Source of the DNA: an uncultured Candidatus Poseidoniales archaeon | Lineage (GTDB): Archaea; Thermoplasmatota; Poseidoniia; Poseidoniales; Thalassarchaeaceae | Direction of reading: 5' to 3' | Assembly (NCBI GenBank): GCA_964645485.1 | Contig: CAZXZO010000004.1 | Span: forward strand, 34,352 to 98,351 | Length of the DNA stretch: 64,000 nucleotides | Shown here: positions 48,205 to 56,768 of the stretch, piece after piece | Position numbering within the stretch: position 1 is the first letter of the stretch | Layout of the letters: every line of letters starts with the position of its first letter | Position numbers and translations under genes: made by a program | Notes under the pieces: generated by a model | Seen by the model: the letters and a program-made list of their open reading frames with translations, nothing else | Told to the model about the DNA's origin: nothing | Database searches by the model: none

Positions 48205-48252
48205 TGAAAGTGAACGAAGTTGTTTCCCTAAGGAAAAAAACTGAAAGTGAAC
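48205..48252 (-). promoter_or_regulatory. Tandem GTTCACTTTCA boxes (candidate DNA-damage-responsive operator)
   Basis: TGAAAGTGAAC on + strand at 48205-48215 and 48242-48252; 10/11 match to the haloarchaeal UV motif TTTCACTTTCA. Confidence 0.6.
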
Positions 48253-48345
48253 TATTTTTGCTCAGGCAGTCCGCCTCATAATAAAAAAAATCCTGGCCTT
48301 CTTAGGCGCGCAATAGTCAAGGGGGGTTGCTATGTCGGCCACCCC

Positions 48346-49296
48346 ATGATGCACTGCTTAGTTACCGGAGGGGCGGGTTTTGTTGGCTCACATGTGGTTG
48401 ATTTGCTCTTAGAATCGGGCCACACAGTCAGCATTTTTGACAACTTTTCTTCAGGGCGACGAGAATTCCTCTCACACCATGGTGACACTGTCAATATAAT
48501 CGAAGGGGATTTGTTGGATTTAGATGCAGTTAAATCTGCAATGGATGGAATTGACATCGTTTTCCACCTTGCTGCTAATCCAGATATCCGCCTTGGTACT
48601 ACAATCACTGATACAGACCTGAATCAAGGCACAGTTGCTACCTACAATGTGTTAGAAGCGATGAGAGTTTGTGGTGTGAAGAAAATAGCATTTTCCTCTT
48701 CTTCTGTAGTTTATGGTGAGGCCGACGTAATGCCCACGCCTGAAGATTATGGCCCACTTTTCCCTATCTCTCTATATGGGGCCAGCAAACTTGGCTCAGA
48801 GGCACTCATCACATCATGGGTTGGAACCTTTGGTCTTCAAGCCTGGCTTTTCAGATTCGCAAATATTGTCGGTGCTCGTGGGACACATGGAGTAATTTTT
48901 GATTTCATTCACAAATTAAGGGCCGACCCAAGCCGATTGGAAGTACTTGGTAATGGTCGGCAGGCAAAATCGTACATGGAAGTGAGGGATTGTGCTAACG
49001 CAATGATTCACTTGGTAACAAATACTGATGACGCAATCAATTACTATAATTTAGGCAGTGATGACACTTGCAGTGTGTCGAGGATTGCAGAAATAGTGAT
49101 TGAAGAATCAGGGTTACTAGAGGTTGCCATTGAATACACAGGTGGAGACCGTGGTTGGGCTGGAGATGTTCCTAAGGCAATGTTAGACCCGAGCCGCATG
49201 CGAGCGGCTGGTTTTAACACTAGATACGATTCAGAGGGGGCAGTAAGGCACACTGCTCAAATTCTTATGCAGGAGATTGGAATAAATGATGAATAA
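48346..49296 (+). CDS. NAD-dependent epimerase/dehydratase (UDP-glucose 4-epimerase-like)
   Basis: VTGGAGFVGSH, FHLAA, FSSSSVVYG, YGASK, RFANIVG, LGNGRQAKSYM. Confidence 0.92.
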   Translation: MMHCLVTGGAGFVGSHVVDLLLESGHTVSIFDNFSSGRREFLSHHGDTVNIIEGDLLDLDAVKSAMDGIDIVFHLAANPDIRLGTTITDTDLNQGTVATYNVLEAMRVCGVKKIAFSSSSVVYGEADVMPTPEDYGPLFPISLYGASKLGSEALITSWVGTFGLQAWLFRFANIVGARGTHGVIFDFIHKLRADPSRLEVLGNGRQAKSYMEVRDCANAMIHLVTNTDDAINYYNLGSDDTCSVSRIAEIVIEESGLLEVAIEYTGGDRGWAGDVPKAMLDPSRMRAAGFNTRYDSEGAVRHTAQILMQEIGINDE

Positions 49297-49978
49297 AGTA
49301 AGACGTAACCGAAACTTGGTAACAGATGAGAACGGAGATGCAAGAATTACTGCTGGATTTGTTGTTGCAGGTGGAATCACCTTCATTCTACTAGCAGTGA
49401 TATTATTCACAGATTTACCGCCAATCGGACCAGATGAAGGGGACTTGGCTCCGAATCTAAAAGGTGAAGTCCATTACTTAGGCGCGTCTGATTGGGTTGA
49501 TTTTGAATTGTATGAAGAAATTGATAGCAGTTGGGATGCAGAGTCAAATCCTGAAGCAAAATGGTTTTTCATTCAATTCATGGATACAGATTGTGGTTAC
49601 TGCTGGGAAGAAGCAGGGCCTATTACTCAACTTGAGAGTGCTTTTGGAGATAGGGTGACATTCATTAGCGTGGCCTTAAGTTTGAATATACCAGGACACG
49701 ATGCGACAATAGAAGAAATAATTGCTTTCCAAGAAAAATCTTCGCTCATGGAATGTAAGGGTGGAGATACTGATTGTTCATCTCGTCCGGGGGACCCACA
49801 TAATTGGGCATACTTTAACGATCTTTCCCAAGCAACATTGGACCCTTGGGGAGTACAGGGTACACCATTTGTTGTGATTGTAAAACCTGATGGAATTGTT
49901 GCTTGGAACCAAGCAGCTCATAGTGGTGAGGAAGTTGGTAATGCACTTTACAGCATGTTGCCACAGGTAGGTGAATAA
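49286..49978 (+). CDS. Membrane-anchored thioredoxin-fold (TlpA/redoxin-like) protein
   Basis: N-terminal TM; FMDTDCGYCW (CxxC); WGVQGTPFVVIVKPDG. Confidence 0.82.
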   Translation: MMNKVRRNRNLVTDENGDARITAGFVVAGGITFILLAVILFTDLPPIGPDEGDLAPNLKGEVHYLGASDWVDFELYEEIDSSWDAESNPEAKWFFIQFMDTDCGYCWEEAGPITQLESAFGDRVTFISVALSLNIPGHDATIEEIIAFQEKSSLMECKGGDTDCSSRPGDPHNWAYFNDLSQATLDPWGVQGTPFVVIVKPDGIVAWNQAAHSGEEVGNALYSMLPQVGE

Positions 49979-50585
49979 TATGGCTCTGTCTACATCAGTT
50001 GTATTATTGATTAGTTCACTAACTGTTCTTTTTGGGGCAATGTCTCGAATGGATTCCACTAAACCATTATTTTCAACATTGGGGATGGGTAACTTGGAAT
50101 CAGCGCCGGCAAGCCGGAGAATGCTAGTTGGGACTCTTGCAAGTATTTGTGGAGGCATGTTAGCAGCGGTTTGGGTATGGGTTATCCAGAGACAATCAAT
50201 CATTGGGAGTACAACGCTTTGCGAGTCTTCTAGTGGATGTGCACTAGCCCTTTCAAGTCAGACAATGAACAAAATTCCATTTTCAAACCTGGATTTTGGG
50301 TTGTTTTTTGTTTTGATGTTTAGCATTCTTGGATTCCTAGCATTAAGTATCCACCTTGAACCAACTTGGTCTAAGGCTGGTGGGTTTCTTTCATGGGGCC
50401 GAACGATAGGTGGTATCTCAACACTAATTGCGTTGTGGATGACAATTACTCATCTACTAATGGTTGATGGTTCTCCAGCAATTTGCCCAATATGTATCGT
50501 TCTTCTAGCAGCAAATATTGTGACTATGATGCAATTCAATTTGTTACTTGCGTCACATTCTGATGGAAGTTGGAATACCAATTGA
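49971..50585 (+). CDS. Vitamin K epoxide reductase (VKOR) family protein
   Basis: TM helices; loop pair CESSSGC; active-site CPIC in the last TM region; overlaps upstream gene by 8 bp. Confidence 0.78.
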   Translation: MNNMALSTSVVLLISSLTVLFGAMSRMDSTKPLFSTLGMGNLESAPASRRMLVGTLASICGGMLAAVWVWVIQRQSIIGSTTLCESSSGCALALSSQTMNKIPFSNLDFGLFFVLMFSILGFLALSIHLEPTWSKAGGFLSWGRTIGGISTLIALWMTITHLLMVDGSPAICPICIVLLAANIVTMMQFNLLLASHSDGSWNTN

Positions 50586-50589
50586 TTGT

Positions 50590-50752
50590 CAACACAATAG
50601 ACATTCACTAAGATTGGGATTGCCATCCAATCGTGACTCTGTTGCATCTAGGTGATTGTTGAAAAATCAGGTAGCCACCAACACACTCGATATTCACTAA
50701 GATTGGGATAGCCACCCAAACTTTACTACGTCGCTTTAGGGTGATAGTTGAC
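50590..50752. repeat. Degenerate 89-bp-period tandem repeat (2 units) with hairpin core
   Basis: 50590-50630 versus 50679-50719: 36/41 identical, core ATTCACTAAGATTGGGAT; similarity continues to GGTGAT.GTTGA. Confidence 0.8.
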
Positions 50753-50914
50753 TAACTAACTAATTATGAACACATTTGGCAATCCTATTAATTGTGATAT
50801 CTATTCAAATCGTTACCACGGTCACATTGAGTTGGTCGTTTGAATTTCCGTGGGGCACTTACTGTTCAGGATATACACCTAGACAGTGGATTCTAAATTC
50901 CGGTGCTCGTAGCA

Positions 50915-51481
50915 TCATTCTTCTGAATCAGAAATTTCCTCTCGAGCAGGTTGAGCGAATAGTAGTAGAGCGAATATGAAGATGAATCCCATGAGTGCCA
51001 TCAAAGGGATACTCATGAAATCAAATACATTCAGATATTGAACTGTACATGACTCAAAGGCAGAACAGAATGGGGAATGCTGATTTGGGTTCATTTGTAG
51101 TTGATAATGATAGATCGAAACAAACGCCCCAAATGCAGCCAATCCTAAACCGTACGGTTTAATTCCGAAATCATTTCTAAATGCAGCAAAAATAAAGAGA
51201 AATGCCATTGGATACATCACAATACGTTGATACCAACACAATTTGCATGGCAAGAAATGTGCAATCTCAGAGAGATATAGACTAGCCATCATTGCAAATA
51301 ATGCGACAAACCCAGCAAGAAATAGCGCTTCTCTACTATGATCAAGCCGAAGTTCTGCAATCTTTTCAGCGATAGGTGCTGACTTTTTACTAGCAATTAT
51401 CAAGCCAATTAGAATAATTCCTGAGATACCTGCTGCCAATGCAAGGTATCCAAAGAGTTCACCTGCTTCTTCTGGGGTCAA
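50915..51481 (-). CDS. dsbB: Disulfide bond formation protein B (DsbB/BdbC-like)
   Basis: LPCKLCWYQRIVMYP, second pair CSAFESC, SIPLMALMGF; TTG start with GGTGAT upstream. Confidence 0.9.
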   Translation of the reverse strand: MTPEEAGELFGYLALAAGISGIILIGLIIASKKSAPIAEKIAELRLDHSREALFLAGFVALFAMMASLYLSEIAHFLPCKLCWYQRIVMYPMAFLFIFAAFRNDFGIKPYGLGLAAFGAFVSIYHYQLQMNPNQHSPFCSAFESCTVQYLNVFDFMSIPLMALMGFIFIFALLLFAQPAREEISDSEE

Positions 51482-51632
51482 GGAATCACCATTTAATCAG
51501 TAACCACGGTCACTGATGAGCCTCCTGAACAGCCAACATGATTTAATCACGACGTAAATCAGATTGCAAATTGAGTAAGATTCACAAAGAACTGCAATAA
51601 CCAGTTCTAGCATTCAATCATTGTTCAATACT

Positions 51633-52007
51633 TCAAGGCTGAAAAGTTCCCTGCAACTCAAACAATGTTTCATCAGTATCCACGTCAATCGGCACCATTC
51701 GAGTAACAGTAACCTCAAGTTTTAGTTCTAAAGGGAAATTCTCACGAAGTTCTGAGTACAGTCTAGTCTGTACCTCTTCTACATTTCTACCTCGCAAAAC
51801 GGTTAGGCAATGTAGGGTTTCTTTCTGTGCACGCTCTACGTAGTACTCAACGAGCCACTCACGCATTTGGAGCTGTGCAGTATCATGCTCCTCTGGTGTT
51901 CCGGTTTCCCCGTCCATAGTGTAAATAGTACACTGGTAGGGTATAAAGGCAACGAAACCATGCTTCTGACGCAGGAAGGCAAACAGTTTATTTGGGTCCA
52001 CTTTCAA
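51633..52007 (-). CDS. Hypothetical protein
   Basis: 124-aa ORF continuing the minus-strand run; no motif recognised. Confidence 0.6.
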   Translation of the reverse strand: MKVDPNKLFAFLRQKHGFVAFIPYQCTIYTMDGETGTPEEHDTAQLQMREWLVEYYVERAQKETLHCLTVLRGRNVEEVQTRLYSELRENFPLELKLEVTVTRMVPIDVDTDETLFELQGTFQP

Positions 52008-52034
52008 ATATCTGTGTTTAGGATTGAACTCAAG

Positions 52035-53054
52035 TTATTCTTCAGATTCCGCTGCTATCTTTTCTTTTAATTCAGATTTTACCATTTTTTTCCTATGCAA
52101 CAATGGGCTTGCGAGAAGTAACCCAACCAACATCAGCGAGATACTGATTTTCATCGTTGAAGAAGATGATGAATCAAAATCGCTATTGACTTTTGGAGTG
52201 GTAGCAGCGCCAATTGTTGCCTCATCTGAATTCTCTGCAATTATTGTCAATTTTGAATTATGAATATCTATTTCTTGATTATTTGGGAATTTGTATGTTA
52301 GGTTTACAAAAGTTCTTCCATCACTATTGATGCTGAAATTTCCAACCGTCCAATCATCTGTTGGTTCCGAAAAAATAATTTCTCCTGATGTTGAATTTAT
52401 CACGGCTCCTGCTCTAGCGACCCCTGAATGGATTTTGATACCGTTGAACAATTCAGGTTGGTCAATTTCAACCCCATCTTCTGAGATGATGAATGTATAG
52501 GTACCATTCATTGTAGAAGGTTGGAGACTATGAATTTCCAACGGCCAATAATCATCATGTTCTTCACCATACCAGTATCTGTTGAAGGTTGTAATTGAAA
52601 TTTCTTCTTGACTTGTACCCGCAGATGATAGAAATTGCTTGTGAAGTGTATTTCGAGTAATCAACCCTTGATTTGCTTGTTGGTCACCCATCCAAATTGT
52701 TGGGTAAGACGCTTCTAATGGGTTGACGCCCATTTTCCAAGACTGTTGGGTTGAAAGTCGATTCCCAAGATAATCAATTCCATCATCTGGATGAAATGCA
52801 ATTCTGGTGACTTGTGTCTGCCTTTCCAGAAGGAAGTCATCTATTACAGGGTCAACTTCTGCACAAATCTCACACCAAATTGCTGTTGATTCACGAAGAA
52901 CCACCACTTGGTCAACTGAATTATACCCTGATTGTGCACACCAAAGGCCTTCACATTTTGTTGATTCGGCGCTTACTGATTCAACTTGGTGGTTTAATGG
53001 CAGAATCAATAATGTTGTGGCCATCAACACAGCCACCAAGTGATTCTTGTCCAT
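52035..53054 (-). CDS. Exported thioredoxin-like/Omp28-like protein with C-terminal TM
   Basis: Signal peptide; ESTAIWCEICAEVD (CxxC), IAFHP, SYPTI; C-terminal hydrophobic anchor. Confidence 0.65.
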   Translation of the reverse strand: MDKNHLVAVLMATTLLILPLNHQVESVSAESTKCEGLWCAQSGYNSVDQVVVLRESTAIWCEICAEVDPVIDDFLLERQTQVTRIAFHPDDGIDYLGNRLSTQQSWKMGVNPLEASYPTIWMGDQQANQGLITRNTLHKQFLSSAGTSQEEISITTFNRYWYGEEHDDYWPLEIHSLQPSTMNGTYTFIISEDGVEIDQPELFNGIKIHSGVARAGAVINSTSGEIIFSEPTDDWTVGNFSINSDGRTFVNLTYKFPNNQEIDIHNSKLTIIAENSDEATIGAATTPKVNSDFDSSSSSTMKISISLMLVGLLLASPLLHRKKMVKSELKEKIAAESEE

Positions 53055-53104
53055 GCTTAGCGGACGGGTCTCCTTTACATATGCGCGCCGGCGGCGCGGT
53101 TTCT

Positions 53105-53857
53105 ATGAGTAAGAGGTGGTACAGTGAGCACCGCCGCGACCCATGGCGTCGAAAAGCCAAGTCATCCGGGTATCGCTCACGTTCTGCGTACAAATTACTG
53201 CAGTGCCAAGAAAAGTTCAATCTTATCAGGGAGGGGGATACTGTTCTCGATGTTGGTTGCCATCCTGGTGGATGGTCCCAGGTGTCAACTGAGTTAACCG
53301 GTGAGGGCGGACGCGTAATTGGCATAGACCTCAGGCCTTGCGAACCGATTCAAGGAGTGGAGTTGATTGTTGGGGATATTACCGAAGAAGGGACCCAAGA
53401 GCAGATTCTGGAGATTCTCGAAGGTCAACCAATCCATTCTATAGTGTCAGATATATCTCCCGGATTAACAGGCCAATACGAGATGGACCAAGCGATTTCA
53501 GTAGATCTTGTTTGTATGGTAATGGATTTCTCAATTCCTCTGTTAAATAATGGCGGTTCATTCGTGACGAAGGTGTTTCAGGGGAGAGGAATTGAGGCAA
53601 TAGTCAAGGCCGCAAAAATACGTTTTTCAAAAGTTCAGAGATTTTCTCCAGTTGCTAGTCGAAATTCATCATCTGAAGTTTATCTTGTTTGTAAGAATAA
53701 ATTACCTGCTAACAAAGTTGCTCCCGATAGTATGACTATTCGGAATGCAGTAGAGAAAGAATTGGCCGAACAAGGGTTCATCACGGGTTCGGAAGACGAA
53801 GATGAAGTAGAAAATTCTGGTCCAATTGGGTTTTCAGTCCATCGAGCCAAACAATAA
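53105..53857 (+). CDS. rlmE: 23S rRNA (uridine-2'-O)-methyltransferase RlmE/FtsJ
   Basis: GYRSRSAYKL, VLDVGCHPGGWSQV, GIDL, VSDISP, GGSFVTKVFQG, SRNSSSEVYLV. Confidence 0.95.
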   Translation: MSKRWYSEHRRDPWRRKAKSSGYRSRSAYKLLQCQEKFNLIREGDTVLDVGCHPGGWSQVSTELTGEGGRVIGIDLRPCEPIQGVELIVGDITEEGTQEQILEILEGQPIHSIVSDISPGLTGQYEMDQAISVDLVCMVMDFSIPLLNNGGSFVTKVFQGRGIEAIVKAAKIRFSKVQRFSPVASRNSSSEVYLVCKNKLPANKVAPDSMTIRNAVEKELAEQGFITGSEDEDEVENSGPIGFSVHRAKQ

Positions 53858-53878
53858 CATTCAGTTGTTGATTATCCC

Positions 53879-53921
53879 TTCACTTTCACTTTTGGGGCGT
53901 AGCCCCTATCTTTCACTTTCA
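53879..53921 (+). promoter_or_regulatory. Tandem TTCACTTTCA boxes flanking a GGGGC-GTA-GCCCC hairpin (candidate DNA-damage-responsive operator)
   Basis: Boxes at 53879-53888 and 53911-53921 (exact TTTCACTTTCA) upstream of the OB-fold gene. Confidence 0.65.
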
Positions 53922-53955
53922 ACCCCCTCTCTCCACAACTCTATACTACCGCAAG

Positions 53956-54384
53956 GTGTTTGATGGTATTATGACCCAGACAATGAGCAAAAAAGTGAAC
54001 GAACATGAAAGAAGAAGTGCCAGACGTGCAGCAATAATACGTCATATCCATTCAGTTAATACCGATTCAGGGACTGAAGTGGAGAAACAATTGATGAAAG
54101 TCAACCAATTGAATTCAGGTCAACAAGTTGGAAATTTAGAAATTTTAGTTCTAAGAAGATACCCTCGTCGTGAAATTAATTCAGCAAATTATCGAGGACC
54201 TGTTGCAGCTGCTTGTGGACGGGATGAAACAGGTGTAGTTGGATTAGTGCTGTGGGGTGACCAAGTTGACAAAGTCAGAACAGGTGATGTCATTAGAATT
54301 TCCAATGGATGGTGCCGTCGTTCACATGGTGAACTAGTTGTAAGTTCAGGCCGAACGGGAAAGTTGTCTGTAATTCAGACTTAA
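53956..54384 (+). CDS. Single OB-fold ssDNA-binding protein (SSB/RPA-like)
   Basis: DETGVVGLVLWGDQVDKVRTGDVIRISNGW..GELVVSSGRTGKL; start uncertain (53956, 53971 or 53983). Confidence 0.8.
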   Translation: MFDGIMTQTMSKKVNEHERRSARRAAIIRHIHSVNTDSGTEVEKQLMKVNQLNSGQQVGNLEILVLRRYPRREINSANYRGPVAAACGRDETGVVGLVLWGDQVDKVRTGDVIRISNGWCRRSHGELVVSSGRTGKLSVIQT

Positions 54385-54468
54385 ACTCTTGAATGAGTAC
54401 CATTCGAGGTCATGGGTAACCATCAAAAGGGGGTGGCCGTTCGGCGGCTCGTTCGGTGTTTAATAGTG

Positions 54469-54633
54469 GTGAAGACGGCAACAATCTGTAATGCTTCAGG
54501 CAAGCCCCTAGTTGAACGAGATTCCACCTCTTTCCCGTGTCCAAAATGTGATACGCCAGTAGGCCGTTCAGCACAATGTCGTAATCAAGGGGTTCCTTAC
54601 ATTTGCGTTTCCTGTGGATTCCAAGGACCTTGA
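54469..54633 (+). CDS. Zinc-ribbon protein, DUF1610/HVO_2753-like
   Basis: FPCPKC, QCR, YICVSCGFQGP; conserved position before EF-1beta. Confidence 0.85.
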   Translation: MKTATICNASGKPLVERDSTSFPCPKCDTPVGRSAQCRNQGVPYICVSCGFQGP

Positions 54634-54643
54634 GGTGATTTGA

Positions 54644-54916
54644 ATGGGTGAAGTTGCGATTAGATACAAGATAATGGTTCATCCTGATGCTGAAGTTGGA
54701 GCAGATGAAATTGCTGCTGATCTTTCCGAGATGGAAAACGATGTTGGCGTAGTACAAACTGTAGAGACTAAACCGTTGGCATTTGGTATGAAATTCGTTG
54801 AAGCATACTGCGTTATCCAAGAGGGTGACGGAACAGTTGACAATTTTGAAGATGCTATCCGTTCATTGACCGGTGTTGGCGAAATTCAAGTTCTAGAAAT
54901 AGGCCGCTTAATGTGA
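54644..54916 (+). CDS. ef1b: Elongation factor 1-beta
   Basis: MGEVAIRYKIM, ETKPLAFGMK, 90 aa. Confidence 0.92.
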   Translation: MGEVAIRYKIMVHPDAEVGADEIAADLSEMENDVGVVQTVETKPLAFGMKFVEAYCVIQEGDGTVDNFEDAIRSLTGVGEIQVLEIGRLM

Positions 54917-54987
54917 TTAAGCCTATGGCTTACTTTTCTGGCCTTACTTCAAATCTATAATTCGATTCGAAGTGCTATTTTTTCCGT

Positions 54988-56385
54988 TCACGATTGATGG
55001 ATAGGTGCTCGAGTAAATTCTCGCAGTAAGGTTGTTGCATAAGTTCCCGGTGGCAGACTGAACTTGAAATTGATACAGGCTCCTTCCTTATGCCAACGAT
55101 CGTGTTCACCAGGGCCTTCAGCCCACTTTGAACTATTTTCAGCCAAATCAACTTTAGTTTGAGTTTGATATGTCAAATCGGAGTAAGTTCCAGTCAGCGG
55201 GCGTTTAGTACCCTTCGTTGTCAAACGGGGGACATCGTCTATCACCCACGTGACAGAATCAAGTTCTAATTTCTCTAAGATTCTATTTTCTAACTTGGAT
55301 ATCTCACCGCTAGAATTAGTAGACTGTGTACCAAGAAGTGAACCACAAACTGCAAGCCTTCCCATCAAGCAATTTCTAGTAATTCTGTCAATGAGAGGCT
55401 CAGTGACGGTCGCCAATTTACCGGTGTCAATTTTTGATGAGCCATCAAGTGGCCCAACAACGTCACCCACAATAGGCTGTGAAATTGAAATCCCTGAGCG
55501 AATACGTTCACCTAGGAGATGATTGAAAGCAAGAGATTGAAGAGAATGAACAGTCATTAATTGCAAGTTGTTTGGTAATTTCCTGAATGCTTTAAGCCAG
55601 TTATCAGGATTATTTTTCAGTGAATATAGAATGTCTCGTTCGTATCCTAATTGTTTTGGGATAATATCCAATGCTGCCTCAACATCATGATTTTCACGCC
55701 ATTGGGTTCTGAACTCAGCAACTTCTTCTCTCTCGTTCAATCCTGCCATCCCAAGGTAGGCGTTTACGGCATCTTCCCACTCACCTTTGACAACATGTCT
55801 ACCAACTACTGGAGTCACTGGACGAGTTGAACCAAATCTTTGGGGGCCGACCCAATTTGGGAAAAACCCTTCACCTAATTTTTCTACAAGTGCAGCGTGG
55901 ATTTTTTGAACCTCTTGAATAGCTGTTTCTTCATCTAAAGGCTGCCCATCAACGTCAGCACAGCCTCTAATTGTGATACTGAATCTATTACTTGTGTGGG
56001 CACCCATCGATAATTTTTGATGAGAGCGTCCTAAAACTTCGATTTGAACATCAGCAATATCGACCTCGGATACTTTTTTTGCATGTGCGTCAATAACGAA
56101 AAGTTGAGTAGTTACCGCTCGCTTATCTTTTGTTCCTGAAAACCAAATTCTCTTCCGAGAAATTTTCAAATGTTTTGCCAAACGGTTGACAAATCGATTT
56201 GTTTCCCAGTTGTCTAAAGTGATTCTTGCGATGGTGAATCTACCTTTGGGGTCCAATGCAGGAGTGGGGCCTTCTTCGGTTACTCTGAAATCCGCCGCCC
56301 TTACTTTTATCAGCCCACCAATTCCTGTTCCTTCACAGACCCATTGGTCAAGCCCCAAATTGGCGGCTATGCCAGCGGAGTCCAT
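54988..56385 (-). CDS. truD: tRNA pseudouridine(13) synthase
   Basis: DFRVTE, FSGTKDKRAVTTQ, SNRFSITIR, FPNWVGPQRFG, FSLPPGTYATTLLRE. Confidence 0.94.
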   Translation of the reverse strand: MDSAGIAANLGLDQWVCEGTGIGGLIKVRAADFRVTEEGPTPALDPKGRFTIARITLDNWETNRFVNRLAKHLKISRKRIWFSGTKDKRAVTTQLFVIDAHAKKVSEVDIADVQIEVLGRSHQKLSMGAHTSNRFSITIRGCADVDGQPLDEETAIQEVQKIHAALVEKLGEGFFPNWVGPQRFGSTRPVTPVVGRHVVKGEWEDAVNAYLGMAGLNEREEVAEFRTQWRENHDVEAALDIIPKQLGYERDILYSLKNNPDNWLKAFRKLPNNLQLMTVHSLQSLAFNHLLGERIRSGISISQPIVGDVVGPLDGSSKIDTGKLATVTEPLIDRITRNCLMGRLAVCGSLLGTQSTNSSGEISKLENRILEKLELDSVTWVIDDVPRLTTKGTKRPLTGTYSDLTYQTQTKVDLAENSSKWAEGPGEHDRWHKEGACINFKFSLPPGTYATTLLREFTRAPIHQS

Positions 56386-56397
56386 TCAGAATTCTCC

Positions 56398-56658
56398 TCA
56401 AGAGAGTTTGATACTGGAGAAATCCGATATTAAGTCAGTACTAATGGACTTTAGAATTTTTATTGCATTCTTACCTTTCTTAACTCTCAGGTAAAGTTCC
56501 GGTTCATCAAGCCCTGGGTGGCCTGTGAAATAATTTGAGTATTCAACATCCTTGTTGTCATTTAGCCTTGTTCTGAACAGTTGTAATGCTGTATGACTTT
56601 CTCCAATTAGCCTGATTCGAAGCTCGTCGCCCTCGTTGAGTAGTACCTTGATTGCCAT
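56398..56658 (-). CDS. rpoL: DNA-directed RNA polymerase subunit L (Rpo11)
   Basis: GESHTALQL, YFTGHPGLDEPELY; ATG at 56658. Confidence 0.88.
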   Translation of the reverse strand: MAIKVLLNEGDELRIRLIGESHTALQLFRTRLNDNKDVEYSNYFTGHPGLDEPELYLRVKKGKNAIKILKSISTDLISDFSSIKLS

Positions 56659-56768
56659 GTCTATCGTTCCGGCGACTTGCGACCCCATTTTGAACCTTTG
56701 GAAAAAAACAGCAGTTCTCACACACCAGTCGCCTTCGCACTTATCTATGGGTGGTGGGTGGGCGCGTC

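Noticed and set aside
52814-53104. N-terminal extension on RlmE
   Set aside because: Antisense overlap with the 52035-53054 gene; the motif-consistent start is 53105
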